From the NCBI GenBank assembly GCA_963784175.1, contig CAWAQJ010000018.1:179216-243215 (forward strand): a stretch of 64,000 bases of DNA. Direction: 5' to 3'. Numbering within the stretch: the first letter of the stretch is position 1; every line of letters starts with the position of its first letter. The notes under the pieces were generated by a model. The model ran no database searches. It saw only the letters and a list, made by a program, of their open reading frames with translations, and was not told the origin of the DNA. Of this stretch, positions 21,035-29,692 are shown piece by piece. This DNA comes from an uncultured Actinomycetes bacterium (lineage in GTDB: Bacteria; Actinomycetota; Thermoleophilia; Gaiellales; Gaiellaceae). A program made the position numbers and the translations under genes.

Positions 21035-21847
21035 TTACGTGCGCTCGCGGACAGCGGCCTGCATGGCCTCGACCGGCGCGGGCACTCCGGTCCAGCGCTC
21101 GAACGACGCCGCGCCCTGGGCGACAAGCACGTCGAGCCCGTCCACGACCCGCTCGCAGGCTGCCTTCCGGGCGCCCGCGATCAGGGCCGTTTCGCTTCCG
21201 TCCGGCTTGTAGGCCATGTCGACGACCTGCCGGACGCCGCCGAGGTCGACGAGGAGCTCGTCGCGGACGGGGGTCGCGTTGAGAACGAGGTCGGCGTCTC
21301 GTGGCGGCGGCGGCCACGCGTCGTCGGCCTCGACCGCGTGGTCGGGCGCCAGGCCGCGCAACCGAGCGGCGAGAGCGTGGGCCTTCTCGGGCGAGCGGGC
21401 TGCGACCCTCAGAGAGGCGCAGCCTGCGTCGACCAGGGCGGTGGCGACGGCCTGCGCCGCGCCGCCCGCGCCGAGAACGAGCGCGCGGGCTCCCTCGGCC
21501 TCGACCGCGCCGGTCACCGCGAGCCCGTCGGTGCTCGATCCCAGCACGCGGCCCTCGCCGATTACGAGTGTGTTCACCGAGCCGCCGCGCGACGCCACCT
21601 CGTCGAGCTCGTCGCAGAATGCGAGCACGCCGGTCTTGTGCGGGATGGTGACGTTCGCGCCCGCGAAGCCGAGCGCGACGAGGCCGGCGACCGCATCCTC
21701 CAGGCGCTCCGGCTCGACGGGCAGCGCGACGTAGGCCCAGTCGAGCCCGGCCTCCTGGAAGGCGGCATTCTGCATGGGCGGCGAGAGCGAGTCCCGAAGC
21801 GGGTGCCGAAGCAGCCCGACGAGCCTCGTCTCGCCTCCTATCCGCAC
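21035..21847 (-). CDS. aroE: shikimate dehydrogenase
   Basis: 270 aa. Motifs: SLSPPMQNAAF, NVTIPHK, NTL, LVLGAGGAAQAV. Confidence 0.9.
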   Translation of the reverse strand: MRIGGETRLVGLLRHPLRDSLSPPMQNAAFQEAGLDWAYVALPVEPERLEDAVAGLVALGFAGANVTIPHKTGVLAFCDELDEVASRGGSVNTLVIGEGRVLGSSTDGLAVTGAVEAEGARALVLGAGGAAQAVATALVDAGCASLRVAARSPEKAHALAARLRGLAPDHAVEADDAWPPPPRDADLVLNATPVRDELLVDLGGVRQVVDMAYKPDGSETALIAGARKAACERVVDGLDVLVAQGAASFERWTGVPAPVEAMQAAVRERT

Positions 21848-22758
21848 TGGAGGCCGCCGCGCGGGAAGGCGTCGAACTCCGCCTCGCTCGCGGTGAAGAA
21901 GTGGCTGCGGCAGTCGGGCTTGCGCACGAAGTAGAGGAGGTCGACCTGGGCCGGGTGCGCCGCCGCCTGGATCGCCGCCAGGCCCGGATTCGCGATCGGC
22001 GTCGGCGGAAGGCCCGGCAGCTTGCGGGTGTTGTAGGGGTTATCGGAATCGAGCTGGCTCTGGAGGATCGCCTGCGTCGGCGGGATGTCGAAGCCATACC
22101 GGACGGTCGCGTCGATCCCGAGCGGCATGCCCGCCCTGAGCCGGTTGTAGATGACGGCCGCCACCAGAGGGCGCTCGCGCGGCACCTGCACCTCCTTCTC
22201 GACCATGGAGGCGATGATGAGCACGTCGTAGGGCGTGAGCTTCTTCGAGCGCGCGTACTTCATGTCGATCTGGCTCCACGCCCGCTCGAACGCGGCGAGC
22301 TGGTCGTCGACGAGCTGCGCGGAGGTCGTGTCCTCGGTGAAGTCGTACGTGGCCGGGAAGAGAAATCCCTCGAGGTTCGGCGCGTCCGATCTCTTGAAGC
22401 CCGCCGGAAGACTCGCCGTCTCCTCCGTGGCCGCCAGGTACGCCTTTGGGCGCAGAGACGGCGAGATCCCGCGCTCTTCCTCCGCGATCTTGTTGACGGC
22501 CGCGATGCGCGCCGCCATCTGCTTCCGCGTGAACCCCTCCGGGAAGATGATCCTCAGGACGGGCTTCGGCGGCGCCGTGTCCAGGGCGGTGGTGTCCACC
22601 TCCGACGAGCCGCCGGCCCCCGACCCGAAGCCGACCACGGCCCACCCGATCGCCGCGAGCAGGCCGAAGCCGAGCACGACGCCGAACAGCGCCGCCAGCC
22701 GACCACCGCGCTTCCGGCGGTAGTCGTGCCTTACGCGGGGCGGCTGCTGGCCTTCCAC
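21838..22758 (-). CDS. mltG: endolytic transglycosylase MltG (YceG-like)
   Basis: N-terminal TM anchor. Motifs EGFLFPATYDF, ASMVEKE and PPTPIANPG. It follows ruvX, as is usual. Confidence 0.9.
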   Translation of the reverse strand: MEGQQPPRVRHDYRRKRGGRLAALFGVVLGFGLLAAIGWAVVGFGSGAGGSSEVDTTALDTAPPKPVLRIIFPEGFTRKQMAARIAAVNKIAEEERGISPSLRPKAYLAATEETASLPAGFKRSDAPNLEGFLFPATYDFTEDTTSAQLVDDQLAAFERAWSQIDMKYARSKKLTPYDVLIIASMVEKEVQVPRERPLVAAVIYNRLRAGMPLGIDATVRYGFDIPPTQAILQSQLDSDNPYNTRKLPGLPPTPIANPGLAAIQAAAHPAQVDLLYFVRKPDCRSHFFTASEAEFDAFPRGGLQCG

Positions 22759-23132
22759 TGCAAATAGCTCGTGAGCAGGTGCGCGGCCGCCACGGCGTCC
22801 TCGCCGGCCCGCGTGTCGCCGCTGCTCCGTGCGAGCGCCGTCGTGAAGCGCTCGTCGAAGGTCTCCAGCGGGAGGTCGGTCGCCTCGCGAAGGCGCGCGA
22901 CGAACCGCTCGGTCTCGATCGCCTGCGGCCCCAGCTCGCCGCGCAGCGTCACCGGCAGGCCGACGACGATGCGCTCGACACCCTCGCGCTCCGCGAGCTC
23001 GAGCAGCCGGGCGATGCCGGCCTCGGAGGCAGCGCGCTCGACGATCTCGAGCGGCCGGGCGACCGTGCCGGTCGGATCGGAAACGGCCACGCCGGTCCGT
23101 GCAGAGCCGTAGTCGAGGGCCAGTACCTTCAC
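22731..23132 (-). CDS. ruvX: Holliday junction resolvase-like protein RuvX (YqgF)
   Basis: GTG at 23132. MKVLALDYGSARTGVAVSD ... IVVGLP. 133 aa. Confidence 0.9.
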   Translation of the reverse strand: MKVLALDYGSARTGVAVSDPTGTVARPLEIVERAASEAGIARLLELAEREGVERIVVGLPVTLRGELGPQAIETERFVARLREATDLPLETFDERFTTALARSSGDTRAGEDAVAAAHLLTSYLQWKASSRPA

Positions 23133-23164
23133 CGACGCGCGATTCTAGTTCCGGGAAGTGACAG

Positions 23165-23524
23165 TCAAGCCGCCTTGCCGGCCACTGCGTCGACGATCTC
23201 GTCCGGGTCGCCGCCCTTGGGGACGTAGTGGTCGGCGCCGAGAGCGAGCGCCTGGGAGACCAGGCGGTCGTTGTCGAAGCCGGAGAGGACGACGATCCTC
23301 GCCCCGGGCGCGACCCGCTTGATCTCGGGCAGGGCCTCGAGCCCGTCCATCACCGGCATGGAGAGGTCCAGCAGGACGACGTCGGGCTGGAGGCGCTCGG
23401 CCTCGGCCACCGCATCGCGGCCGTTGTCGGCCTCGCTCACGACCTCGTTGCCCTCGAGCTCGAGGACGATTCGGAGGAGCTCTCGGATCTGCGGCGAGTC
23501 GTCGCAGAGGAGGACGCGCATCAC
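23165..23524 (-). CDS. single-domain response regulator (receiver only)
   Basis: 119 aa. Acidic pair D8-D9, D53 in VVLLDLSMP, S in VVLSG, K in YVPKG; no output domain. The start is GTG at 23524 (overlapping the upstream stop) or ATG at 23521. Confidence 0.85.
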   Translation of the reverse strand: MMRVLLCDDSPQIRELLRIVLELEGNEVVSEADNGRDAVAEAERLQPDVVLLDLSMPVMDGLEALPEIKRVAPGARIVVLSGFDNDRLVSQALALGADHYVPKGGDPDEIVDAVAGKAA

Positions 23525-24198
23525 TCCCGCGCCGCCGGGTCTCGCCGCCTGAGCCCCCCGGGCCGCAGAGCCGTCTCCTCGTCCTCGCCGGCCAGCAGGT
23601 CGTTCACGACCCTGCGCGCCGCGACGAGCGCGTTCGTGAGTGCCTCGCGGACGTCGTCCAGGCGGTCGAGGTCGAGCGCCATCCGGGCCGCGCTGACGCT
23701 CTGGACGACGTCGTCGTTGATCTCGAGCGCGCGCCGCTGGTTGGCCGCCTCGCTCCGCTTGAGCTCGGTGATGTCGGCGAAGACCGCGACCGCGCCGAGG
23801 AGCAGGCCATCGTCCTCGACAAGCGGCGCGGAGCTACCCAGGAGCCAGCCGTCGGTGCCGTCGAAGCGGCGGATGTGGAACTCCTCCGGCCCCACGACCT
23901 CGCGGGACTCCAGGCAGCGCGCCATCGCCCAGTCGTGCCCCTCGAAGGGCCGCCCGTCGGGGTGGAAGGCCCGGTACTGGCTCCACTCCTTGACGTTCTC
24001 GGCCGTGACGCTCCCCGCCCAGATCCGCTCCGCGGCCTCGTTCTGGAGGATGAGGCGGCCCTGCGGGTCGCTCATGATCACCCCGTGCGGGCTTTGCTCG
24101 AGCACGATGTCGAGCAGGCGCCGGTCGCGGGCGCCGACGAGCCGGAGCCGCTCGTTCTCGCGCCTGAGGGCCTCGAGCTCGGGATCAACCGAGTGCAT
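23521..24198 (-). CDS. PAS-domain protein with a HisKA_3-like helix lacking the phospho-acceptor His and lacking an ATPase domain
   Basis: Track ORF trimmed to ATG at 24198 (14-nt overlap with the alaS stop). PAS-like core LEQSPHGVIMSDPQGRLILQNEAAERIW. Then RRALEINDDVVQSVSAARMAL, which resembles the HisKA_3 H-box with Asn in place of His. 225 aa. Confidence 0.7.
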   Translation of the reverse strand: MHSVDPELEALRRENERLRLVGARDRRLLDIVLEQSPHGVIMSDPQGRLILQNEAAERIWAGSVTAENVKEWSQYRAFHPDGRPFEGHDWAMARCLESREVVGPEEFHIRRFDGTDGWLLGSSAPLVEDDGLLLGAVAVFADITELKRSEAANQRRALEINDDVVQSVSAARMALDLDRLDDVREALTNALVAARRVVNDLLAGEDEETALRPGGLRRRDPAARE

Positions 24199-26720
24199 CG
24201 AGCAGCACCTTCTCCGCCTCGGCGAGCGCGTCGCCCAGCCTCTCGGGATCCTTGCCGCCCGCGCGGGCCATCGTCGGGCGTCCGCCTCCGCCTCCGCCCA
24301 CGAGGGCGGCCGCCTGCCTGACGACCTGCACGGCGTCCAGCCCGCGTTCCTCGAGCGAGCGGTCGAGGCTGACGACGAGATGGACACGACCGTCCTCGCG
24401 CATGCCGAGCACGACGGCCGCCGGGGCGTGCTTCTGCTTGAGGGCGTCCGAAAGCTCGAGCAGGGCGTCCGGAGTCGAGGAGGCGATCTCCATCACGATC
24501 ACCTCGACGTCGCCGGCCTTGCTGCGGCGCTCGTCGACGACCTCGGGGCCGCTCTCGGGCGCCGCCTTCTTCGAGGTCTGCTTGCGGGCGGCCTCGAGCT
24601 CGGCTCGCAGCTCCCCCGCCTCGTGTGCCTTTCCTCGCAGGTAGGCGAACGCCTCGCCGGCGGTGACAGCCTCGATCCGCCGCACGCCCGACCCGACGGA
24701 GCCCTCCGAGAGGATCACGAACGGCCCGATCTCGGCCGTCGTGCGCGCGTGCGTGCCGCCGCAGAGCTCGCGCGAGACACCGTCGATCTCGATCACGCGG
24801 ACGATGTCGCCGTACTTCTCCCCGAAGAGCATCATCGCGCCGAGGTTGCGGGCCTCGTCAATCGTGGTCAGGAACGCGCGCACCGCATGGTTCTCGAAGA
24901 CGCGCTCGTTCACGATCTCCTCGACCCGTTCGCGCTCTTCATGCGTCAGCGCCTGCGGGTGCGTGAAGTCGAAGCGGAGCTTGTCGGGGCGCACCGCGGA
25001 CCCGGCCTGGCGGACGTGGTCTCCGAGGACTTCCTGGAGCGCCCGGTGCAGGAGGTGCGTCGCCGTGTGGTTGGCCGTCGTCGGGTAGCGCACCTTCCAC
25101 GGGACGACGGCGCGGACGCGGTCGCCGGCAGCGAAGCCCTCGCCCTCGAACAGGAGCACCTGGTCGTCGCCGAAGCGGAACGCGCTTACGACCTCGGCGC
25201 GCGCGCCGTCCTTCTCGATCCAGCCCGGGTCGCTCACCTGGCCCCCGCCCTCCGGGTAGAACGGCGACTCGCGGAGCTTGCCGAGGAAGAGGCCTTCCTC
25301 GAGCTGCTCGAGCGCGCCGAGCTGCGTCAGGACGTCGAGCTTCTCGTAGCCCACGAACTCGGTTGCGAACCCGGCGGTGCGCGAGAGCTCCGCCGCGCGC
25401 TCGATTCCGCGGCCCGCGCCGGCGCGGGAGATCTCGCGGTGCTCCGCCATGAGCTCGCTGAAACCGTCCTCGTCCACCGTGAGGCCGCGCTCGCGTGCGA
25501 GCTCCGTCGTCAGCTCGACCGGGAAGCCGTAGGTCGCGGTCAGGGCGAAGGCATCCTCGGCCGAGACGTCGCCCTTTGCGGCGACCTCCTCGAAGAGCCC
25601 CATTCCGCGCAGCAGCGTCTCCGAGAAGCGCTCCTCCTCGGCTCGCAGAACGTCCCGGATTCGGGCCTGGTTCTCCGCCAGCTCGGGGTACCACGGCCCC
25701 ATTTGCTCGACAACCACGTCGGAGAGCCGCCAGAGGTCGTCGAGGCCGATCTTGCGCGCCTGCTGCACCGCACGGCGGACGATCCGGCGGAGGACGTAAC
25801 CGCGTCCTTCGTTCGAGGGCATGACACCGTCGCCGACGAGGAACGTCATCCCGCGGCCGTGGTCCGCGAGCACCCGGTGCGCCTTCGTCGCGGTTTCGTC
25901 GGCGTCCCAGGGGACCCCGCTCTCCGCCTCGATCCAGGCCATGATCGCCTGGTAGCCGTCCGTCTCGTAGACAGAGCGGACGTCCTGCATGATCGCGGCC
26001 AGCCGCTCCACCCCCATGCCGGTGTCGACGTTCTGCGTGGGGAGCGGCGTCAGCGTGCGGTCCACGTGCAGCTCGTACTCCATGAAGACCAGGTTCCAGA
26101 ACTCGAGGAACCGGTCACAGCGCGGACACGCCGGCGCGCAGCCGGGATCGCCGCAGCCGTACTCCTCGCCCCAGTCGTAGTAGATCTCGGAGTCCGGCCC
26201 GCACGGCCCGGGCCCGCCGACCGACCAGAAGTTCTCCGAGCTCGGCAGACCCACGATCCGCTCGCGCGGCAACCCGATCGCCTCCCAGAGCCCGATCGCG
26301 GTCTCGTCCTGCGCCGAGCCCGAGCTCCGGGTCACCGGCGTGCACCGTCGCCCAGATCCGGTCCCAGTCGATCCGGAGGTGCTCGCGAATGAACTCGGAG
26401 GCAAGCTCGATCGCCCCTTCCTTGAAGTACTGGCCGAACGAGAAGTTGCCGAGCATCTCGAAGAAGGTCAGGTGGTGGCCGTCGAGCCCGACCTCGTCGA
26501 TGTCGGGCGTGCGGAAGCACTTCTGCGCCGTCGCGGTCAGCGGCGCGGGCGGCGGCTCCCGGCCGAGGAAAAACGGCATCTGCGGCTGCATGCCCGCCGA
26601 GGTGAGGAGCGTCGAGTGGTCGTCCGCCCGCGGGATCAGCGGCCAGGAGGGCAGCCGCTTGTGGCCCTTCGACTCGAAGTAGGCGAGAAAGCCCTCGCGG
26701 AGCTCAGCGGACGTGCGCAC
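24185..26720 (-). pseudogene. alaS: alanine--tRNA ligase, reading frame broken once (assembly indel or true frameshift)
   Basis: The N-terminal 130+ aa come from track ORF 26115..26720 (MRTSAELREGFLAYFESKGHKRLPS ... GNFSFGQYFK ... DRIWATVHAGDPELG). The rest comes from track ORF 24185..26404 (QDETAIGLWEAIGLPRERIV ... NFWSVGGPGPCGPDSEIYYD ... to the end). Frames differ by +1 and total length is 2536 nt = 3n+1. The junction is near 26305-26330. Confidence 0.9.
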
Positions 26721-26762
26721 GCTTCGATTCTAGGGAGATTCGGGAAGGGTTCCGAACGCCGG

Positions 26763-27524
26763 CTATCTGACGTTCTGCCCGGTCGCGATCTCGTCGCGGA
26801 CCTTCTCGAGCGACCGGCGGATCAGCCGGGACACGTGCATCTGCGAGATCCCCACCTGCTGGGCGATCTGCGACTGGGTCAGGCCCTCCCAGAAGCGCAG
26901 GTGGATGATGCGCCGCTCGCGGGCGTCGAGGGCCTTGAGGCCCGGCGCGAGCACCGCGCGGTCCTCGCTCACCTCGTACTCGTGCTCGAGCTCGCCCAGG
27001 GACTCGAGCGGATCGAGCGCGCCGTCCTCGCCGTGGCCGGACGGCGCCGAGAGCGACACGGTGGTGTAGGCCTGTCCGGACTCGAGCGCCTCCAGGACCT
27101 CCTCCTCGGTGACGCCGGCCGCCTTCGCGAGCTCCGGGATCGTCGGTGAGCGCTCGTACTGGACGGTGAGCTGCTCGAGGAGCTGCGAGAGGCGCACGTT
27201 CAGCTCCTGCAGGCCGCGTGGGACCCGCACCGACCAGCCCTTGTCGCGGAAGTGGCGCTTGATCTCCCCGATGATGTTCGGCGTCGCGTAGGTCGTGAGC
27301 TCGACGCCCCTGTCGACGTCGAAGCGGTCGATCGCCTTGATCAGCCCGATGGAGCCGACCTGCACCAGATCCTCGAGCTGCTCGCCACGGTTCGCGTAGC
27401 GGCGCGCGAGGGAGCGCACGAGCGGGAGGTACTGCTCGATGAGCTGCTGGCGCGCCTCGAGGTCGCCGTCCGTGTGGTAGCGGCGCAGGAGCTCCTTGTC
27501 GGTCCGCCCTCCGGTCGAGCTCAC
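26763..27524 (-). CDS. RNA polymerase sigma factor, group 3 (SigB/SigF-like)
   Basis: 253 aa. Region 2: DLVQVGSIGLIKAIDRFD ... TYATPNIIGEIKRHFRD. Region 4: LTQSQIAQQVGISQMHVSRLIRRSL. GTG at 27524 overlaps the upstream stop. Confidence 0.9.
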   Translation of the reverse strand: MSSTGGRTDKELLRRYHTDGDLEARQQLIEQYLPLVRSLARRYANRGEQLEDLVQVGSIGLIKAIDRFDVDRGVELTTYATPNIIGEIKRHFRDKGWSVRVPRGLQELNVRLSQLLEQLTVQYERSPTIPELAKAAGVTEEEVLEALESGQAYTTVSLSAPSGHGEDGALDPLESLGELEHEYEVSEDRAVLAPGLKALDARERRIIHLRFWEGLTQSQIAQQVGISQMHVSRLIRRSLEKVRDEIATGQNVR

Positions 27525-27931
27525 AGCTCGCCCTTCGGCTCGGGCCTGGTCATCGGCACCTGCTTGTCGAGGCGGAGCCAGTGTCCGCCCTCCCCCTCCT
27601 CGAGCGCGACCTCGTCCACCAGGGTGTCGAGCAGCCGGGAGAGCGGGACGCCGCCTTCCGGCTCGCGCTCGAGATCGGCGCGGAGCTCGTTCGCGTCGAG
27701 CGGACCGATCGCCATGCCGATCGACGACGGGCCCACGAGCAGACGGACGGTCACCTCCCGGCCGGTGATGTAGCCGTCGCGCTCGAGCACGCTCGCGAGC
27801 GCGAGCTGCAGGTCCTCGAGGTGCTCGTACGAGAGGTCGAGCCGGGCGGCGAGCCCGCCGACGACCAGCCTGGCGACGCCGTGAAACGGCTTCTCGTGCG
27901 GGATCGAAAGCGTGATCGAGTCAGAGCTCAC
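27521..27931 (-). CDS. RsbW/SpoIIAB-like putative anti-sigma factor with degenerate ATP-binding boxes
   Basis: Track ORF trimmed to GTG at 27931. 136 aa, colinear by eye with RsbW (ITLSIPHEKPFHGVARLVVGGLAARLDLSYEHLEDLQLALASVLE...). It is translationally coupled to the sigma gene. The function call is an inference. Confidence 0.5.
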   Translation of the reverse strand: MSSDSITLSIPHEKPFHGVARLVVGGLAARLDLSYEHLEDLQLALASVLERDGYITGREVTVRLLVGPSSIGMAIGPLDANELRADLEREPEGGVPLSRLLDTLVDEVALEEGEGGHWLRLDKQVPMTRPEPKGEL

Positions 27932-28391
27932 GATCGGTGCCCTCTCGCCGCAGCTCGTCCTTGATCTCCTGCTCGCGCCGCGAGGCCGCCTCACGGCCTG
28001 CCTTGTAGGCAGTCCGCGGGCTCTTGCGCACTCGGAGCGAGGCGAGCCCGTGGGCGATGCCCTCGGCCAGGCCGGAGATCTTCTGGACGGGCCGCACGAG
28101 AGCGAGCGTCACCGCTCGGACGGCTGTGTCCACGCTGTCGGCGACGTCGACCGCACTGTCGGTCACGAGGTCGACCTTGTCCAGCTGCGCGTTCACGCGC
28201 TCCATCGTTCCTCCGGCCTGGTTGATCACGGGAAGCACCTCGCGTTCCAGTCCTTGGAGAAACGATGTAAGCCGTCCAACGGTTCCGCCCAGGCGAACGA
28301 GCAGGTACGCGAGCCCAATGCCCACCAGCAGGAAAAACACGCTGAGGGCGATCCAGAGGGCGTCGATCGACTCGAAGCTCGCCAGCGGCAT
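27921..28391 (-). CDS. DUF948-like membrane-anchored protein
   Basis: ATG at 28391. N-terminal TM ALWIALSVFFLLVGIGLAYLLV, followed by a helical region (LPVINQAGGTMERVNAQLDKVDLVTDSAVDVADSVD) typical of DUF948. Confidence 0.65.
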   Translation of the reverse strand: MPLASFESIDALWIALSVFFLLVGIGLAYLLVRLGGTVGRLTSFLQGLEREVLPVINQAGGTMERVNAQLDKVDLVTDSAVDVADSVDTAVRAVTLALVRPVQKISGLAEGIAHGLASLRVRKSPRTAYKAGREAASRREQEIKDELRREGTDREL

Positions 28392-28404
28392 CGCAGGATT
28401 CTAC

Positions 28405-29692
28405 TCAGGCCACCGCCGTGATCAGACCGGCTCCGACGACGACGTCCTCGTCGTACAGGACGGCCGCCTGACCGGTCGCCACGCCGTAGGCGGGCTCGTC
28501 GAGCGCGAGGCGGAAGCCGCGGGCCGTCTGTTCCACGGACGCGGAGCGCGCCCGGGGAGCGATAGCGGAGCTTGGCTTCGGCCCGCTCGACCGGGACGTA
28601 GAGCCGGCCGGAGCTGACGCCGACCTGCGAGCGCGCGAGCGAGGCTCGCGGGCCGACGACGACCGTGTTCGTCCTCGGCTCGGTGTGCAGCGTGTACAGC
28701 GGCTCGCCCGTTGCGATGCCGAGGCCGCGGCGTTGGCCCGGCGTGAAGCGCCAGAAGCCGTCGTGGCGGGCGACCTCGTTCCCGCCCTCGTCGACGATCG
28801 GGCCCTCGGCAGGGTCGAGGCCGTGACGGACGAGGAAGTCGCGGTAGTCGCCGCCGGCAAGGAAGCATGCTTCCTGGCTCTCGGGCCGGCGCGCCGCGGC
28901 GAGCCCGGCGGCGCGGGCGCGCTCTCTCGTCTCCTCCTTGGTGCGCTCGCCGAGCGGGAACCAGATGCGGTCGAGCATGCGCGGGTCGAGGCGGGCGAGC
29001 ATGTAGGACTGGTCCTTCGCGGCGTCGGCGCCGCGGGCGAGGAGCAGGCGGCCCCGGTGCTCGCGCATGCGCGCGTAGTGGCCTGTCGCGAGGCGGGCCG
29101 CGCCGATCCGGCGGGCGAACGCGAGGAGTGCGGCGAAGCGGAAGCTGCCGTTGCAGCGGATGCAGGGGTTGGGCGTCTCTCCCCGCTCGTAGCCCGCGAC
29201 GAAGGGACCGACGACGGCGCGGCGGAAGCCCTCGCGCAGGTCGAGCGTCACGTGCGCCGCGCCGAGCTCGTGACAGAGCTCCCGGGCGGCCACGACCGCG
29301 GCCGGAGAGCAGCAGGCGCGTTCCCCGTCGGGCCCGGCGGGATCCATCCAGAGGCGAAGGGTCACACCGACCGGCTCGCGGCCGGCGTCGCGCGCCTCCA
29401 GGAGCGCCACGGCGCTGTCCACGCCTCCGCTCATCGCGACCGCCACGCGGTCCGGGCTCGGGCGGGCCGAGACAGCGGGGCCGAGCGCGTCGTGCAGCGC
29501 GTCGAGCGCGAGCGGCTCGCCGGGAACCGCGGCGGCCTCGAGCAGCCCGAGGCCTTCGACCTCGCGGCACAGGGCCTGCGTGCCCGGCCCTTCTCCGCGC
29601 GCGGCAACGACCTTACCGCGCGCGACGGTGAGGGCGACCCAGGCCAGGTCGCAGTCGCGGGCGGCGTTGCCGATCAGCTCTCGCGAGGCCAT
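28405..29692 (-). pseudogene. mnmA: tRNA 2-thiouridine(34) synthase MnmA with ~80-aa N-terminal extension; frame broken once near the 3' end
   Basis: Track ORF 28226..29692 carries the PP-loop AMSGGVDSAVALL, NPCIRCN and DQSY. The MnmA C-terminus (FRLALDEPAYGVATGQAAVLYDEDVVVGAGLI) lies in the +1 frame (track ORF 28405..28860). Length is 1288 nt = 3n+1. The junction is at the CCC/GGGG run 28551-28557. Confidence 0.85.

Noticed and set aside
26300-26335. Programmed +1 ribosomal frameshifting as the explanation for the alaS, aspS and mnmA breaks.
   Set aside because: I could see no shared slippery or stall motif among the junctions. Non-essential genes show the same defect, and one break sits in a homopolymer run. 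Consensus indel error is more parsimonious. The possibility is kept as a check in the findings rather than claimed.
23228-26392. 1054-aa plus-strand ORF antisense to alaS. Similar giant ORFs were seen: 36953..40153 (+, 1066 aa), 47168..49705 (-, 845 aa), 18562..19929 (+, 455 aa, an exact mirror of aroK/aroB), 8926..10689 (+), 6713..8179 (+), 13551..15578 (+) and 45835..47304 (-).
   Set aside because: They are Arg/Ala/Pro/Gly-dominated with no recognisable motifs. Each lies exactly antisense to a gene with clear family signatures. These are typical stop-codon-poor shadow frames of a very GC-rich genome.
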